A stretch of DNA of 64,000 nucleotides from an uncultured Bacilli bacterium (GTDB lineage: Bacteria; Bacillota_I; Bacilli_A; RFN20; CAG-288): positions 2,802-66,801 of the forward strand of contig CAKVBX010000005.1 in the NCBI GenBank assembly GCA_934725685.1. Reading direction: 5' to 3'. Shown here piece after piece: positions 45,827-55,357 of this stretch (positions are counted from its first letter, which is position 1; each line of letters begins with the position of its first letter). The notes below the pieces were generated by a model. That model had not been told where the DNA came from, made no database searches, and saw nothing but the letters and a program-made list of their open reading frames with translations. Both the position numbers and the translations under genes were made by a program.

Positions 45827-45856
45827 TTTTTGACAAAAATCAAGTTTTGTCAAAAA
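45827..45856. repeat. Perfect 12-bp inverted repeat TTTTTGACAAAA-N6-TTTTGTCAAAAA
   Basis: Read directly in the 418-bp AT-rich malQ/ykgJ intergenic region, about 60 nt upstream of the ykgJ-like ATG. Confidence 0.85.
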
Positions 45857-45914
45857 GCTGTTTGCTGACATTTCTGAAATTCGCCTATATTTTTAGCTTA
45901 TTTTCAGGAAAATC

Positions 45915-46502
45915 ATGTCACATAACAATACATGGGAGTACAATGAAGGCATGAACGAAACATACACTTTAGCAGAAATCAAGGAAGAACTATTTCGGGA
46001 AATCGACGAGCTGGAAGAGCGTGATTCTTCTTGGAAGAGATGTGGGCATTGCCCCAATCATGGGAAATGCTGCATCGACAATGATATCGATGTAAGAGAG
46101 GATGAATGGGAAATCATTAAGGCTTTCCTTGATAGGAATGAGATGGAACGAAACCGGGTGAAGGAAAACCTTCTATCGGGCCGAAAATGTTATTTCCGCA
46201 CCCCGGAGAAATGTCTGATTCATAAGATTCGTCCAACGAACTGCATCTATACCCCCTATCAGGTGATACAGAATCTTTTCGATCATCATATCATTTATTC
46301 ACTCATCGATGAGGAGTGTAATTTCACGGAGGTGGAGAAGCCGTACAAAAAACTGGTTCCTTCCAAGAAGTTCCTCACTCCGGAAACGGGTGGACATGTT
46401 TATCTGCTTCTTAACTACTGGTATCTCAATTTTGAATCGAAAAGCAAAAAGAACGATAAAAAACTTGCGGAAGAAAGGCTGAAAGAATATTTCGGAATTT
46501 AG
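45915..46502 (+). CDS. YkgJ-family cysteine-cluster protein (UPF0153-like)
   Basis: 195 aa. CGHCPNHGKCC cluster plus downstream C...C pairs. The start is uncertain; an alternative ATG lies 36 nt downstream. Confidence 0.6.
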   Translation: MSHNNTWEYNEGMNETYTLAEIKEELFREIDELEERDSSWKRCGHCPNHGKCCIDNDIDVREDEWEIIKAFLDRNEMERNRVKENLLSGRKCYFRTPEKCLIHKIRPTNCIYTPYQVIQNLFDHHIIYSLIDEECNFTEVEKPYKKLVPSKKFLTPETGGHVYLLLNYWYLNFESKSKKNDKKLAEERLKEYFGI

Positions 46503-46511
46503 TATAGAACC

Positions 46512-47846
46512 TTATTTATAGGTGAGGGTTTTATGGTAGAGCATGGCACGGTTGGCCCGGTGGTTGTACGTGCTGACCTTTTTCAGTAACTGCGGCAAAG
46601 ACGGACGGTGGAAGAACGTAGCAATTAAATAGACCATGGTGAGCGGAAGGATGAGATACGGAATCAGGATGAAGCCTGGCCCGAAGGAGAAGGACAGGGC
46701 GAGTGTCGTCACATAGTTGAGTGTCACCGAAGCGAAGAAGGAGAGGGCACTGACGATCAGAATGACACAACGGTCGGAATACGTGAGGGCATAATGGGGA
46801 GAGATGAGAGCGACAAGGACCATGCCGATGCTTCCTCCGACGACGAGAGTCGGGATGACGTGTCCACCGAGGTAATAGACATCATTGTTCATGATGGTCC
46901 AGAAGAAGCGGATGAAGAAAAAGACAAGGGCCGGAAGTAGGAGGATTTCCTCACTGCTGAGGAAAATCTCATCGGCAAAGCCCATCATATCGTAGTTTCC
47001 GGTGAACTTGAGGGAGAGGATGGAGACCATTGCCATCAGGAGAGAGAAGAGGACTTCCTGGGTTTCGTTCTCCTTGACAAAGTAAGAAAGAAGAACGATG
47101 AACCGTTTGAAGAAGAAGGAAGCGGTCATCGTAAGAAGCGGAATGAGAAGAAGCAGATAGTGAAGCTTGGGAGCAGAAAAAAAGTATATTTGCCGGTTAT
47201 ATAGACCATAAAGGTAGAAATCTTTGATGCCGTAAAGATAGCGCCAGAGTAGGAGCCAAAGGAAAGAAACGACCATCAAAAAGACCTGGGAATAGATTTC
47301 CTTCGTCGTTCCGCGGCGGTTCTTCTTTTCAAAATAGAAGCAGAGACCAGCGAGGGGATTGAGGAAGGCGAGCCCGTATCCCATCATGGAGCCATAATGG
47401 TTATGTTCGAGTGTTGTCTTCTTTTTGAAGAGAAGGTGCACAAAGAAATTCTCCACCATGAAGCCGATGTAGACACTCGGTCCCTCAGAGCCTAACGGCA
47501 GGGCCAAAAGGAAGGTGAGAAAACAGCAGAACATACTCTCCATGACGTCGGTGATGATGGAAAGAAGCGGATGCCTCAGAAGAAATTTCTGTGTGTGGAG
47601 CAGCTTTCTGAGTCTTTGCTTTCTCAGTAAAAGAACGAATTCCAGGCCAGAACAGAGAAGGATGAAGAGCGCATAAAGTAGGAAGTTATACCAGGTCGCC
47701 TCGATTTTATAAAAGACGGTCTCCTTGATGAGCCCAATCAGATATTGGAACAGAAAAATCAGGGAGGCCCCAGTGAAGGCCATTACATTGAGAAAAAGAA
47801 AATGAAGAAAAAATATCTTGATTCGTTGTTTTTTTGTCTGTTCCAT
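46512..47846 (-). CDS. Divergent ClC-like channel/antiporter family membrane protein
   Basis: 444 aa, about 10 TM helices. GSEGPSVYIG resembles the GxEGP motif, and GGHVIPTLVVGGSIG resembles GxFxP. No GSGIPE-type first motif seen. Confidence 0.5.
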   Translation of the reverse strand: MEQTKKQRIKIFFLHFLFLNVMAFTGASLIFLFQYLIGLIKETVFYKIEATWYNFLLYALFILLCSGLEFVLLLRKQRLRKLLHTQKFLLRHPLLSIITDVMESMFCCFLTFLLALPLGSEGPSVYIGFMVENFFVHLLFKKKTTLEHNHYGSMMGYGLAFLNPLAGLCFYFEKKNRRGTTKEIYSQVFLMVVSFLWLLLWRYLYGIKDFYLYGLYNRQIYFFSAPKLHYLLLLIPLLTMTASFFFKRFIVLLSYFVKENETQEVLFSLLMAMVSILSLKFTGNYDMMGFADEIFLSSEEILLLPALVFFFIRFFWTIMNNDVYYLGGHVIPTLVVGGSIGMVLVALISPHYALTYSDRCVILIVSALSFFASVTLNYVTTLALSFSFGPGFILIPYLILPLTMVYLIATFFHRPSLPQLLKKVSTYNHRANRAMLYHKTLTYK

Positions 47847-47851
47847 AGCAA

Positions 47852-48595
47852 TCAGTGGTTTTCTTTCTGTTCTTTCCTGTCCGAATAGATGGAAAAGGGA
47901 ACCAGAAGAAGGTTCCCGATGATCACAAGTCCCGGAAGGTAAGAGACATATTGCATCATGTCATTGGCTTTCAACGTACGGTACAGAAGATAGAAAGTGA
48001 CGGCCCCTAGGATGAAAGAGAGGACGAGTAAAAAATACCGTAACGCCATGACGGCATGCTCTTTTTTGTTCTCCTTGGTGCATGCGGCAAGATGGACCGT
48101 GATGTTCTTCATCATGTTGGTCATCATCGTCGGGGTAAAGGAATGACCTTCCTCTTCCCTAAAACTGATGAAATGGAAGGAGCCGTAGAGGGCGAGAAAG
48201 GAATCCTGCAAGACATTTGAGAAATTGATGACGCCCTCATTGACGAAGCCAGAGAGCTTTGTCGGAATGAACAGAGTGGGGATTATGAAGACAATCTGGA
48301 AGAGAAGCACTGACGCTTTGTAATAGTTCCGGTATCTTCCCGGGAAATGGAGCCGATAGACTTCTGCGAGAAAACAGCCGCCCAAAAACACAAGAAGGAC
48401 AATTAGGGACAGAAGTGCCTGATTGAAGTCTTCATCGATGAGATGCATGAAGAGATTGAGGAGGTTTCCTGTCTGCATCGCACAGAAAATCCCGTTGGCC
48501 TTAATCGAATAAAGTTCGGTATAACCGCCTAAAAAGATGATGCAGGCCGTAAACAGATAGGGGATGATGGATTGATGATGCTGTTCTGTATTCAT
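47852..48595 (-). CDS. YoaK/DUF1275-family membrane protein
   Basis: 247 aa from ATG 48595 (MNTEQHH...). GGYTELYS...FCAMQTGNLLNL motif. The ORF-track start 48628 is a TTG without an SD. Confidence 0.65.
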   Translation of the reverse strand: MNTEQHHQSIIPYLFTACIIFLGGYTELYSIKANGIFCAMQTGNLLNLFMHLIDEDFNQALLSLIVLLVFLGGCFLAEVYRLHFPGRYRNYYKASVLLFQIVFIIPTLFIPTKLSGFVNEGVINFSNVLQDSFLALYGSFHFISFREEEGHSFTPTMMTNMMKNITVHLAACTKENKKEHAVMALRYFLLVLSFILGAVTFYLLYRTLKANDMMQYVSYLPGLVIIGNLLLVPFSIYSDRKEQKENH

Positions 48596-48745
48596 AGCTC
48601 CATATAGTATATCCCTTTCTGTCCTCAAAGGGCAGCATTGCCGTGAGAAAGCGTTATTTTACGCAAAACAACAGAAAGGAAGAAAAAACATCTGTCGATG
48701 ATTCCGATGGGTACTTGTTGCGGTACAATAAAGAGGTGTGATTTT

Positions 48746-49549
48746 ATGACCGAAAAGAAGAAACCGGATTATAAGAACTGGATGCCCAAGCGCTATCTCG
48801 TCATTATCGCGATTGTCGCAGTCTCCCTGCTCACTTTATCTGCAGTGGTATGGTTTTTCTGTTTCCGCCATCGTTTCTTTTGGATGCGGGTGACCTTTTC
48901 TTTGCTTCTTTTCCTCTTCGGTTTGGTCCTCGTGTTCTTTTTCTTCCTCGGACTACATTGGTATAAGGCCTTCTCCTATGACGGAAATCGGCAGATGGCA
49001 AAAGAAATTATCGAAGGACTCAGCGGATACTGCAAAGGGAAGAAAGGAAAAATCCTCGATGTCGGTTGTGGTTCCGGCGCACTCACCATTGCCTTGGCTC
49101 ACAAGAACCCGGAGGCAACCGTCTATGGCATCGACCGGTGGGGTATCGAGTATATCGACATCACAAGAAAACTCTGCGATGACAACGCCAAGGCGGAAGA
49201 TGTGGGCAATGCTTTTTTTCTTTACGGGGATGCGAGAAAACTCGATTTCCCAGACGGATATTTCGATGCGGTCCTCAGTAATTACTGCTTCAGCAATATT
49301 TTTGTGACAGACCGTCAACAGCTGATCTTAGAATCTTTGCGGACATTGAAGAAAGGCGGAATCTTCGCCATCCATGACATTATGGACTGGATTCACTTCG
49401 GCGACATGGACTTCTTCCTTCAGCGTCTGAAGATGATGGGCTTTGAGGAAGTCCATTTGGTCGATACGACCAAAGGTCTCTTCATGAGCGAAACGGAAGC
49501 GTTCTTCCTGTCTTTAGGGGGATCTTATCTGCTCTACGGAAAGAAATAG
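48746..49549 (+). CDS. Class I SAM-dependent methyltransferase with N-terminal TM helices
   Basis: 267 aa from ATG 48746 (SD AAGAGG). Two TM helices, then motif I ILDVGCGSGALTIAL. Confidence 0.75.
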   Translation: MTEKKKPDYKNWMPKRYLVIIAIVAVSLLTLSAVVWFFCFRHRFFWMRVTFSLLLFLFGLVLVFFFFLGLHWYKAFSYDGNRQMAKEIIEGLSGYCKGKKGKILDVGCGSGALTIALAHKNPEATVYGIDRWGIEYIDITRKLCDDNAKAEDVGNAFFLYGDARKLDFPDGYFDAVLSNYCFSNIFVTDRQQLILESLRTLKKGGIFAIHDIMDWIHFGDMDFFLQRLKMMGFEEVHLVDTTKGLFMSETEAFFLSLGGSYLLYGKK

Positions 49550-49574
49550 AATAGACGAAAGAAAGGAGACCATT

Positions 49575-50429
49575 ATGAAACTGGTACGTAAACTGCTTCT
49601 GACCTTGATTGTTCTGATTGTCCTGATCGCCGGCCTCTTCTTCGGCGGCGTCATGTATCTGAACAAGAAATACGACATCGATACGTTCTCGACCTTTTCC
49701 ACGATGAAAAAACTTCAGATGCCGGTCGAAGAGAGTGAGGTCGTGAAGAATCCCTATTCAGAGAAAGACCTGCTTTCGACGAAAACGAAGTTCTCTCTTT
49801 CCTATGACGGATTTCTGAAGGAGGAATCGGACGGACTTTCCTTCCATCCCGATGCCATTCAGAATGGTGTAAGGAGCGATATCTATCTCACAGATAGGGA
49901 ACTAGCCTGTCTCCTTGAAGAAGCCGTCAAGGCAGAGATGGATTCCAAAATCGATATCGGGGGTTATCTCTTTTCCTTCTCTGTCCGCTCCCTTTCCATC
50001 AAGGTGGAAGATGAGAAGACGAGTGTGTTGTCCTTTGTGTGTCTGATCGATATCTCTGACTTGAGAAAAGCCTTTACCGGCCTTGCCGGGATGGTGTTTG
50101 GCCGTTATGTTCCCAAGTTCTTTTATCTGACCATCTCCTTTGAAAACATCCACGGAGAAGAAGCATTCTCCTATTCCGTGAAACCGGAAGGCCTTGTTCT
50201 CAACACGCTCACGGTAGAGGAATCCGCAAGCCTGTTCACAACCATCGGAAAATTCGTCAGTTTTCCGGAAGCCGATAAGGTTACGGAAGCGTTTTCTACC
50301 TGCTTCATGGATAACCTGATCGGCACGGAAAGCGACAAAGGTCTTCTCTATTCCATGAAGCCCTATGGAGTGCGTGACTATTCGTTTGTAAACTATAATA
50401 ACGAGAACTGCTTCTGCATTGAGGCATAA
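49575..50429 (+). CDS. Membrane-anchored hypothetical protein
   Basis: 284 aa. Single N-terminal TM helix. SD AAAGGAG. 25 nt after the methyltransferase gene. Confidence 0.5.
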   Translation: MKLVRKLLLTLIVLIVLIAGLFFGGVMYLNKKYDIDTFSTFSTMKKLQMPVEESEVVKNPYSEKDLLSTKTKFSLSYDGFLKEESDGLSFHPDAIQNGVRSDIYLTDRELACLLEEAVKAEMDSKIDIGGYLFSFSVRSLSIKVEDEKTSVLSFVCLIDISDLRKAFTGLAGMVFGRYVPKFFYLTISFENIHGEEAFSYSVKPEGLVLNTLTVEESASLFTTIGKFVSFPEADKVTEAFSTCFMDNLIGTESDKGLLYSMKPYGVRDYSFVNYNNENCFCIEA

Positions 50430-50593
50430 GTGTTTCTTGTTTTTTCCAATTCTCAAATATTTTTCAAGTTGGATAAATCATTCTTCCAATTTAGTCGATT
50501 GATTTTATTATCTCATCTTCAATGTATCATTTTTTTGATTCCTTTTTCTTGCTGCGGATTGAATAACCGTTTTGCTGTACCCTTGAGTATTGG

Positions 50594-50622
50594 TTGACAA
50601 ATGGTTTGACAACACTTATTAT
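50594..50622 (+). promoter_or_regulatory. Strong consensus-like promoter of the large-lipoprotein gene
   Basis: TTGACA, 17-nt spacer, TATTAT, about 50 nt before ATG 50673. Confidence 0.6.
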
Positions 50623-50672
50623 CTTCCTACCTTTTTAAGGAAACATTAAAGAATGGAAAGGAGAAACCCACT

Positions 50673-52775
50673 ATGCATAGAACGAAAATCATCACATTAG
50701 CTTTGCTTTCGCTCACTCTTCCGCTTGCCGCCTGCGGAAAGGAAAGCACACCGAGTGACACGACAAAAGAAACCGAGAATTCACCGGAAACCGGGACCGA
50801 GACCGGCGGCAATACGACGGAGAGTGGACTCCACAAAGATGACCGACTCGAGCTCTTCCTCTTCGGTGATTTGTATAAGGACGCTATCCGTACGGTCTAC
50901 GTCAATTTCTACGGTGTTTCCGGAGACCTCGAATGGACCTCTTCGAATGAGGACATCATCGCTATCGGCTCGGAACCCATTCAGGGAATCATGCCGGAAG
51001 TCAATCTGATTGCCAACGATTACGGAACCGCCGTCATCAAAGCGGCCCTGAAGAGTGACCCTACGATCTATAGCGAACTCGAAGTCAGTGTCTCAGACCA
51101 GTTCCTTGAAATGGACGAGTCTCTTTTTGCCTCGGTTTCTTCTTCCATGAAGATGGACTCTCAGGAAGAATATATCACCTACACGGAGGAATATCATTCG
51201 GAAATCTCCGACACCGATCGGATTGTCACCATTTTTGAAGAGAACGAGGATCAGTCCAACGGACTCAATGACAACCTCACCGATGCCTATGAAATCAAGG
51301 TGACTGACAAGAGCGGAAAAGACACCTATCATAAGAAGTATGTGAGAGACGGAAGATTCCTTGCAACGGAATACCTCGATTTCCATAACACGGTAAGAAA
51401 GGAACGCCTATACAATGACGACGAAGCCATGTACTGGGAAGGGACTCCGTACTTTAACTACCTCGGGAAGACTTCCGAAGTCGATCATACGAAGTTTGTC
51501 TCCTTCGATGATGGGCATACTTATCATTTCATCGGCGGATATTCTGTTGCGGAGCAGATCGCACTCAATTTCTATCAGCAGTCCATTTCTCCCGATGATA
51601 TCTATTTCACAGTCGAAGACGGGGAAGCCAAGACTCTTACCATCGTGGTGGATCCGACGATTGGAAACACCAACGACCGGGAAGATACCGGAGAAAAGTA
51701 TGGATTGAAGATCACATCTGTTCTTTCCGACTTCGCAACGGCCACCATTGAACATCTCCCTCCTTATCAGCATGAAAGCTATCAGGACCCCATCAAGGAA
51801 AGCCTTGCCACGATGAAGAATCTCCGCAATTACACTGCCGTGGCTACGAGAAAGACAAACGGTTCTGCCGATGAAGTCTACACCTATACCTATACTCCGG
51901 AAGGAATCGACATTGTCCGCACGGTCGGCAAGCAGATTCTCGCCCACACTGGTGTCCGTAAGAATGACGACGGCACCTATTATGAATATGAGCACGATGA
52001 TGTGACCGGAACGACGACACTGACCAAGGAACACAATTCGATTTACGACGGCACCGACAGCTCCGGCAAGAAAGTGAACCGCTATCCCACCTTCGACTTT
52101 GCTCCCGAAATCTTCGAACAGACTGAGACGGAAAATGTCTTCCGCTCCCGTGGACAGAACGGTCAGTTCATCACCTATGCTTCCTACCTCCCGCAGACCT
52201 GGACACTTCTCCACTATTTCGAGGAGGATGGTACCCTTACCTTGGACGGAAAAGGCCATGTCAGTCAAGTCAGTACCGTGATGAGTGACGGCGAAACAGA
52301 TTATTCCGTCAATGTTGCATTCGCTCAGTTCAACACTTCCACAATCGACATCGACTTTTCCAAGATCGAACGCCCGAGCAATCCGACGTCCTTTGAAGAG
52401 GAAAGCGCCTCTCTGGCCAAGGAGATGAAGGCGTGGAATTTCTATGATGCCCTACCTTATCTCTATTTCAAAGGTGGATTCTCCACTTCGGTCGAGATGG
52501 AACGCGACAGCGATGGAAATCTCTCCAATGCCCTTGTCCGTTCTAACCGACTTGAGGATTCCGAAGCCGCCTATGTCACAGAATACATTGCTGACTACCA
52601 GGCGCTGCTTGTGGAAAACGGCTATCAGCTGACTTCCGAGAAGGATGCCAAAGGCTATGCTCTCTATCAGAAAGGTGACTATAAAGTTTCCATCGGTAAC
52701 GAAATCAACTGGAACGGCAACGTCCTTTCCAGCGTCGTCATCCGTGTCTTCTCTTCAAAATTAGTGCAGCAGTAA
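50673..52775 (+). CDS. Large surface lipoprotein (Big_2-like Ig domain near N-terminus), function unknown
   Basis: 700 aa. Lipobox LPLAAC. The segment VSGDLEWTSSNEDIIAIG...GTAVIKAAL resembles bacterial Ig-like group 2. SD AAAGGAG. Confidence 0.65.
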   Translation: MHRTKIITLALLSLTLPLAACGKESTPSDTTKETENSPETGTETGGNTTESGLHKDDRLELFLFGDLYKDAIRTVYVNFYGVSGDLEWTSSNEDIIAIGSEPIQGIMPEVNLIANDYGTAVIKAALKSDPTIYSELEVSVSDQFLEMDESLFASVSSSMKMDSQEEYITYTEEYHSEISDTDRIVTIFEENEDQSNGLNDNLTDAYEIKVTDKSGKDTYHKKYVRDGRFLATEYLDFHNTVRKERLYNDDEAMYWEGTPYFNYLGKTSEVDHTKFVSFDDGHTYHFIGGYSVAEQIALNFYQQSISPDDIYFTVEDGEAKTLTIVVDPTIGNTNDREDTGEKYGLKITSVLSDFATATIEHLPPYQHESYQDPIKESLATMKNLRNYTAVATRKTNGSADEVYTYTYTPEGIDIVRTVGKQILAHTGVRKNDDGTYYEYEHDDVTGTTTLTKEHNSIYDGTDSSGKKVNRYPTFDFAPEIFEQTETENVFRSRGQNGQFITYASYLPQTWTLLHYFEEDGTLTLDGKGHVSQVSTVMSDGETDYSVNVAFAQFNTSTIDIDFSKIERPSNPTSFEEESASLAKEMKAWNFYDALPYLYFKGGFSTSVEMERDSDGNLSNALVRSNRLEDSEAAYVTEYIADYQALLVENGYQLTSEKDAKGYALYQKGDYKVSIGNEINWNGNVLSSVVIRVFSSKLVQQ

Positions 52776-52792
52776 AACATAACGAGTCTTTC

Positions 52793-52830
52793 AAAACGTG
52801 ATGAAAATTGGTAAAATCATCACGTTTTTT
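52793..52830 (+). terminator. Intrinsic terminator between the two large lipoprotein genes
   Basis: AACGTGATGA...TCATCACGTT 10-bp stem followed by a T-run. Confidence 0.8.
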
Positions 52831-52846
52831 ATGGGGGTATCAATTC

Positions 52847-55258
52847 ATGAAATTCAGAAAAAGTCTTATTTCTCTTTCCCTTCTTCTCGTCTTGGCCGGC
52901 TGTTCCGGATCCGGTGATGATTCTACGAAAGCCACGGACAAGAATACCGTGACGGAACCTAGCATCGATAATTCGGATAAGTTTTCAAGCGGTTCTACCA
53001 ATCCGACACCCGATACAGAGCCGAGTCCCTTCGATTATACGGCGGATGATTTATATCGGCTGATTAAGCAGGCTGGGGACACGAACAACTTCACGTTCAC
53101 CTATAAGGTGGAAGATGAGGATGGCATTGTCTCTTACGACAATATCTATACAGATGACTATATCTATTTCGGCTATGCGGAAGGCGGTTATCTCCGTGTG
53201 CAAGACTATAAAGATCCTACTAGTTCCCTTCTTTATAACTTCACCAAAGGCGATGACGGCTTCCAGGTCGAAAACGCCTTAGCCTATAATGACGGCGCCA
53301 ATCAGCGCGTCGCCATCCGTTCAACTCGGGAAATGAACCCTCTTTCGGATGCACTCAAAGATAAGACGGCGAGCATCTTCGAGGCGAAGTCAAGAGCCTT
53401 CTATACCGAGGACAGCTATCTTATCAACGCCCTTTGTTATCTCCGCGGGATCACCTCGCTCGTCGGCGAAATCAAAGGCGTCGAACTGGAAGTGAACAAG
53501 GAATTCGATGAGTTCATCAACTTCCGTTTCGCTCCGAACTTCTCCACAACCGACGGCGCCTCCAAAGTCGATGCTGCCGGTGTCTGTTCGATTTCCCTCA
53601 TCGGGAACAGCGAAGAGACCCCGGTCAAGGATTTCCAGGCTTCCTATTCGCTTCCTGGCGATGCCTTAAAGGAAACTGCGCTTTCCGTTCTCGACGGAAA
53701 GGTTTCCCTCTCTGCCAGGAACACGATGCATTACACGAAAGATTATCTCTATGAAGGCTACGACATTGTGACCGAAGGCGACAAGCAGCTTTCCCGTCGC
53801 TTTGTCTCCGGCCTTGAAGGTGGTACCAACACTTATTATGTGAAGGGAAGCAACGGTCATGCCATGGAAAAATATGTCGGCTATGACAATAAGGTCCATA
53901 CTGACGATACGGGTGTCGATTTCGCTGAGGAAGTTATCCAGCCGAAGGATACCATTGAACGAGAAGCCTTCCGCAAGACCGGCGAAAACACGTATGCCTA
54001 TTATGGTTATGACGGAAGAGCGTTTCTGACACGCCTCACCAAAATCGACATCGGCGAAGTGCTTTCCATGACTCTGACGCTCGATGGTGGGAATATCTCC
54101 TCCTTAAAGGCGATTTCCACGACAAGGCTTGATTCCTATACGCAGTCCATGTACTTCGAACTCGATGTTGACTTCAAGGGGACCCTAGACTTCACGGAAC
54201 CTAAGACCAAGTCCTCGGAGTATTCCAATGCGGAAATGGCACAGATGCTGCTCTATCCTGAATACAGCGATCTCAACGCTTCCTTCAATGCGATGGTCTC
54301 CATTGAAAATTCCAGCTCCTATCCGCTTTCCATCTCAGTCTTCGCTTCCAAGGATGACGGCGATATCGATACCATCCTTTATACGCAAGACTATATCGAC
54401 CCGGCACCGGGTGCCTATCAGGAGGTACTTACGAAGAAATGGGGCTATCAGAAATCCGGCAATGAAATCATCCCTTTCATGGTGAGAGATGACAATACGA
54501 CGGTCTCGACCTCCGTTTCCATCACGGACAAATCCCTCAAGGATCTGATCGGCTTCGATATGAAGGGCTGCCTCTTCAACCCGAAAGCGGAGACAAAGGA
54601 CGGACTGGAAGTCTATTCCCTCTACTCGGATGTCAAATATGTCTCCGACCACATTCTCGGCGGAGACAACAAAGGCGACCTGATCGAATCTTCCATCCGT
54701 TTCACGGTCGATCCGAATTCCTTCCACCCTGTCAGCCTCGAATATGAGTTCAACGGGCTTGATCTTTTCAAAGGAAAAGAGAAAGTACAGTTCTCCGATT
54801 TCTATGCGACGAAGAAACCTTCCGAAATCGACTTCTCGACGCTGAAGTCCTATGTCATTCCGGATAACTGGCAGGATGGTGCCGGCGAAGTCTATCCGAC
54901 CATGGTCAAGATTCTCGGCGATGCCATCAAGACGGTCCCTTACCTCTACAACAAGGAAATGGCCGGCAACTGGGGCGTCGATTACAACGAAGACTACAAA
55001 TATGTCGTAGTCTATAACGATACCTATGCGGCGAGCGAAGAGAAGGATGACAAGTCCTTCGCCTATATGACAGAGTATGAAGCCTTGCTTCGGAAGAACG
55101 GCTTCACGGAGTGCCCGTATCCGATGGATCAGCTTCCCGGCCTTGCCAAGGGGGAACTCCACGTCCGTGTCGGTGAACGTGGTATGTCCGGTATCCGTTT
55201 CATGCTCGGCGATGACATCAATCCGTTTGATAAGACGAGCGAATCCACTTCAAAATGA
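52847..55258 (+). CDS. Large surface lipoprotein, paralog-like to 50673-52775 at the C-terminus
   Basis: 803 aa from ATG 52847 (MKFRKSLISLSLLLVLAGC lipobox). GGGGG SD 9 nt upstream. The ORF-track start 52808 lies inside the terminator. Confidence 0.65.
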   Translation: MKFRKSLISLSLLLVLAGCSGSGDDSTKATDKNTVTEPSIDNSDKFSSGSTNPTPDTEPSPFDYTADDLYRLIKQAGDTNNFTFTYKVEDEDGIVSYDNIYTDDYIYFGYAEGGYLRVQDYKDPTSSLLYNFTKGDDGFQVENALAYNDGANQRVAIRSTREMNPLSDALKDKTASIFEAKSRAFYTEDSYLINALCYLRGITSLVGEIKGVELEVNKEFDEFINFRFAPNFSTTDGASKVDAAGVCSISLIGNSEETPVKDFQASYSLPGDALKETALSVLDGKVSLSARNTMHYTKDYLYEGYDIVTEGDKQLSRRFVSGLEGGTNTYYVKGSNGHAMEKYVGYDNKVHTDDTGVDFAEEVIQPKDTIEREAFRKTGENTYAYYGYDGRAFLTRLTKIDIGEVLSMTLTLDGGNISSLKAISTTRLDSYTQSMYFELDVDFKGTLDFTEPKTKSSEYSNAEMAQMLLYPEYSDLNASFNAMVSIENSSSYPLSISVFASKDDGDIDTILYTQDYIDPAPGAYQEVLTKKWGYQKSGNEIIPFMVRDDNTTVSTSVSITDKSLKDLIGFDMKGCLFNPKAETKDGLEVYSLYSDVKYVSDHILGGDNKGDLIESSIRFTVDPNSFHPVSLEYEFNGLDLFKGKEKVQFSDFYATKKPSEIDFSTLKSYVIPDNWQDGAGEVYPTMVKILGDAIKTVPYLYNKEMAGNWGVDYNEDYKYVVVYNDTYAASEEKDDKSFAYMTEYEALLRKNGFTECPYPMDQLPGLAKGELHVRVGERGMSGIRFMLGDDINPFDKTSESTSK

Positions 55259-55267
55259 GTTTCCTTT

Positions 55268-55295
55268 GGGACTGACTGCGGTCAGTCCCTTTTTT
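55268..55295 (+). terminator. Intrinsic terminator
   Basis: GGGACTGAC-TGCG-GTCAGTCCC followed by T6. Confidence 0.85.
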
Positions 55296-55357
55296 CAAGA
55301 GCATTTCCTGAACTGTGGATTTCCGTTTTTGCTACAATACAGGGGAGGTAAAACACC

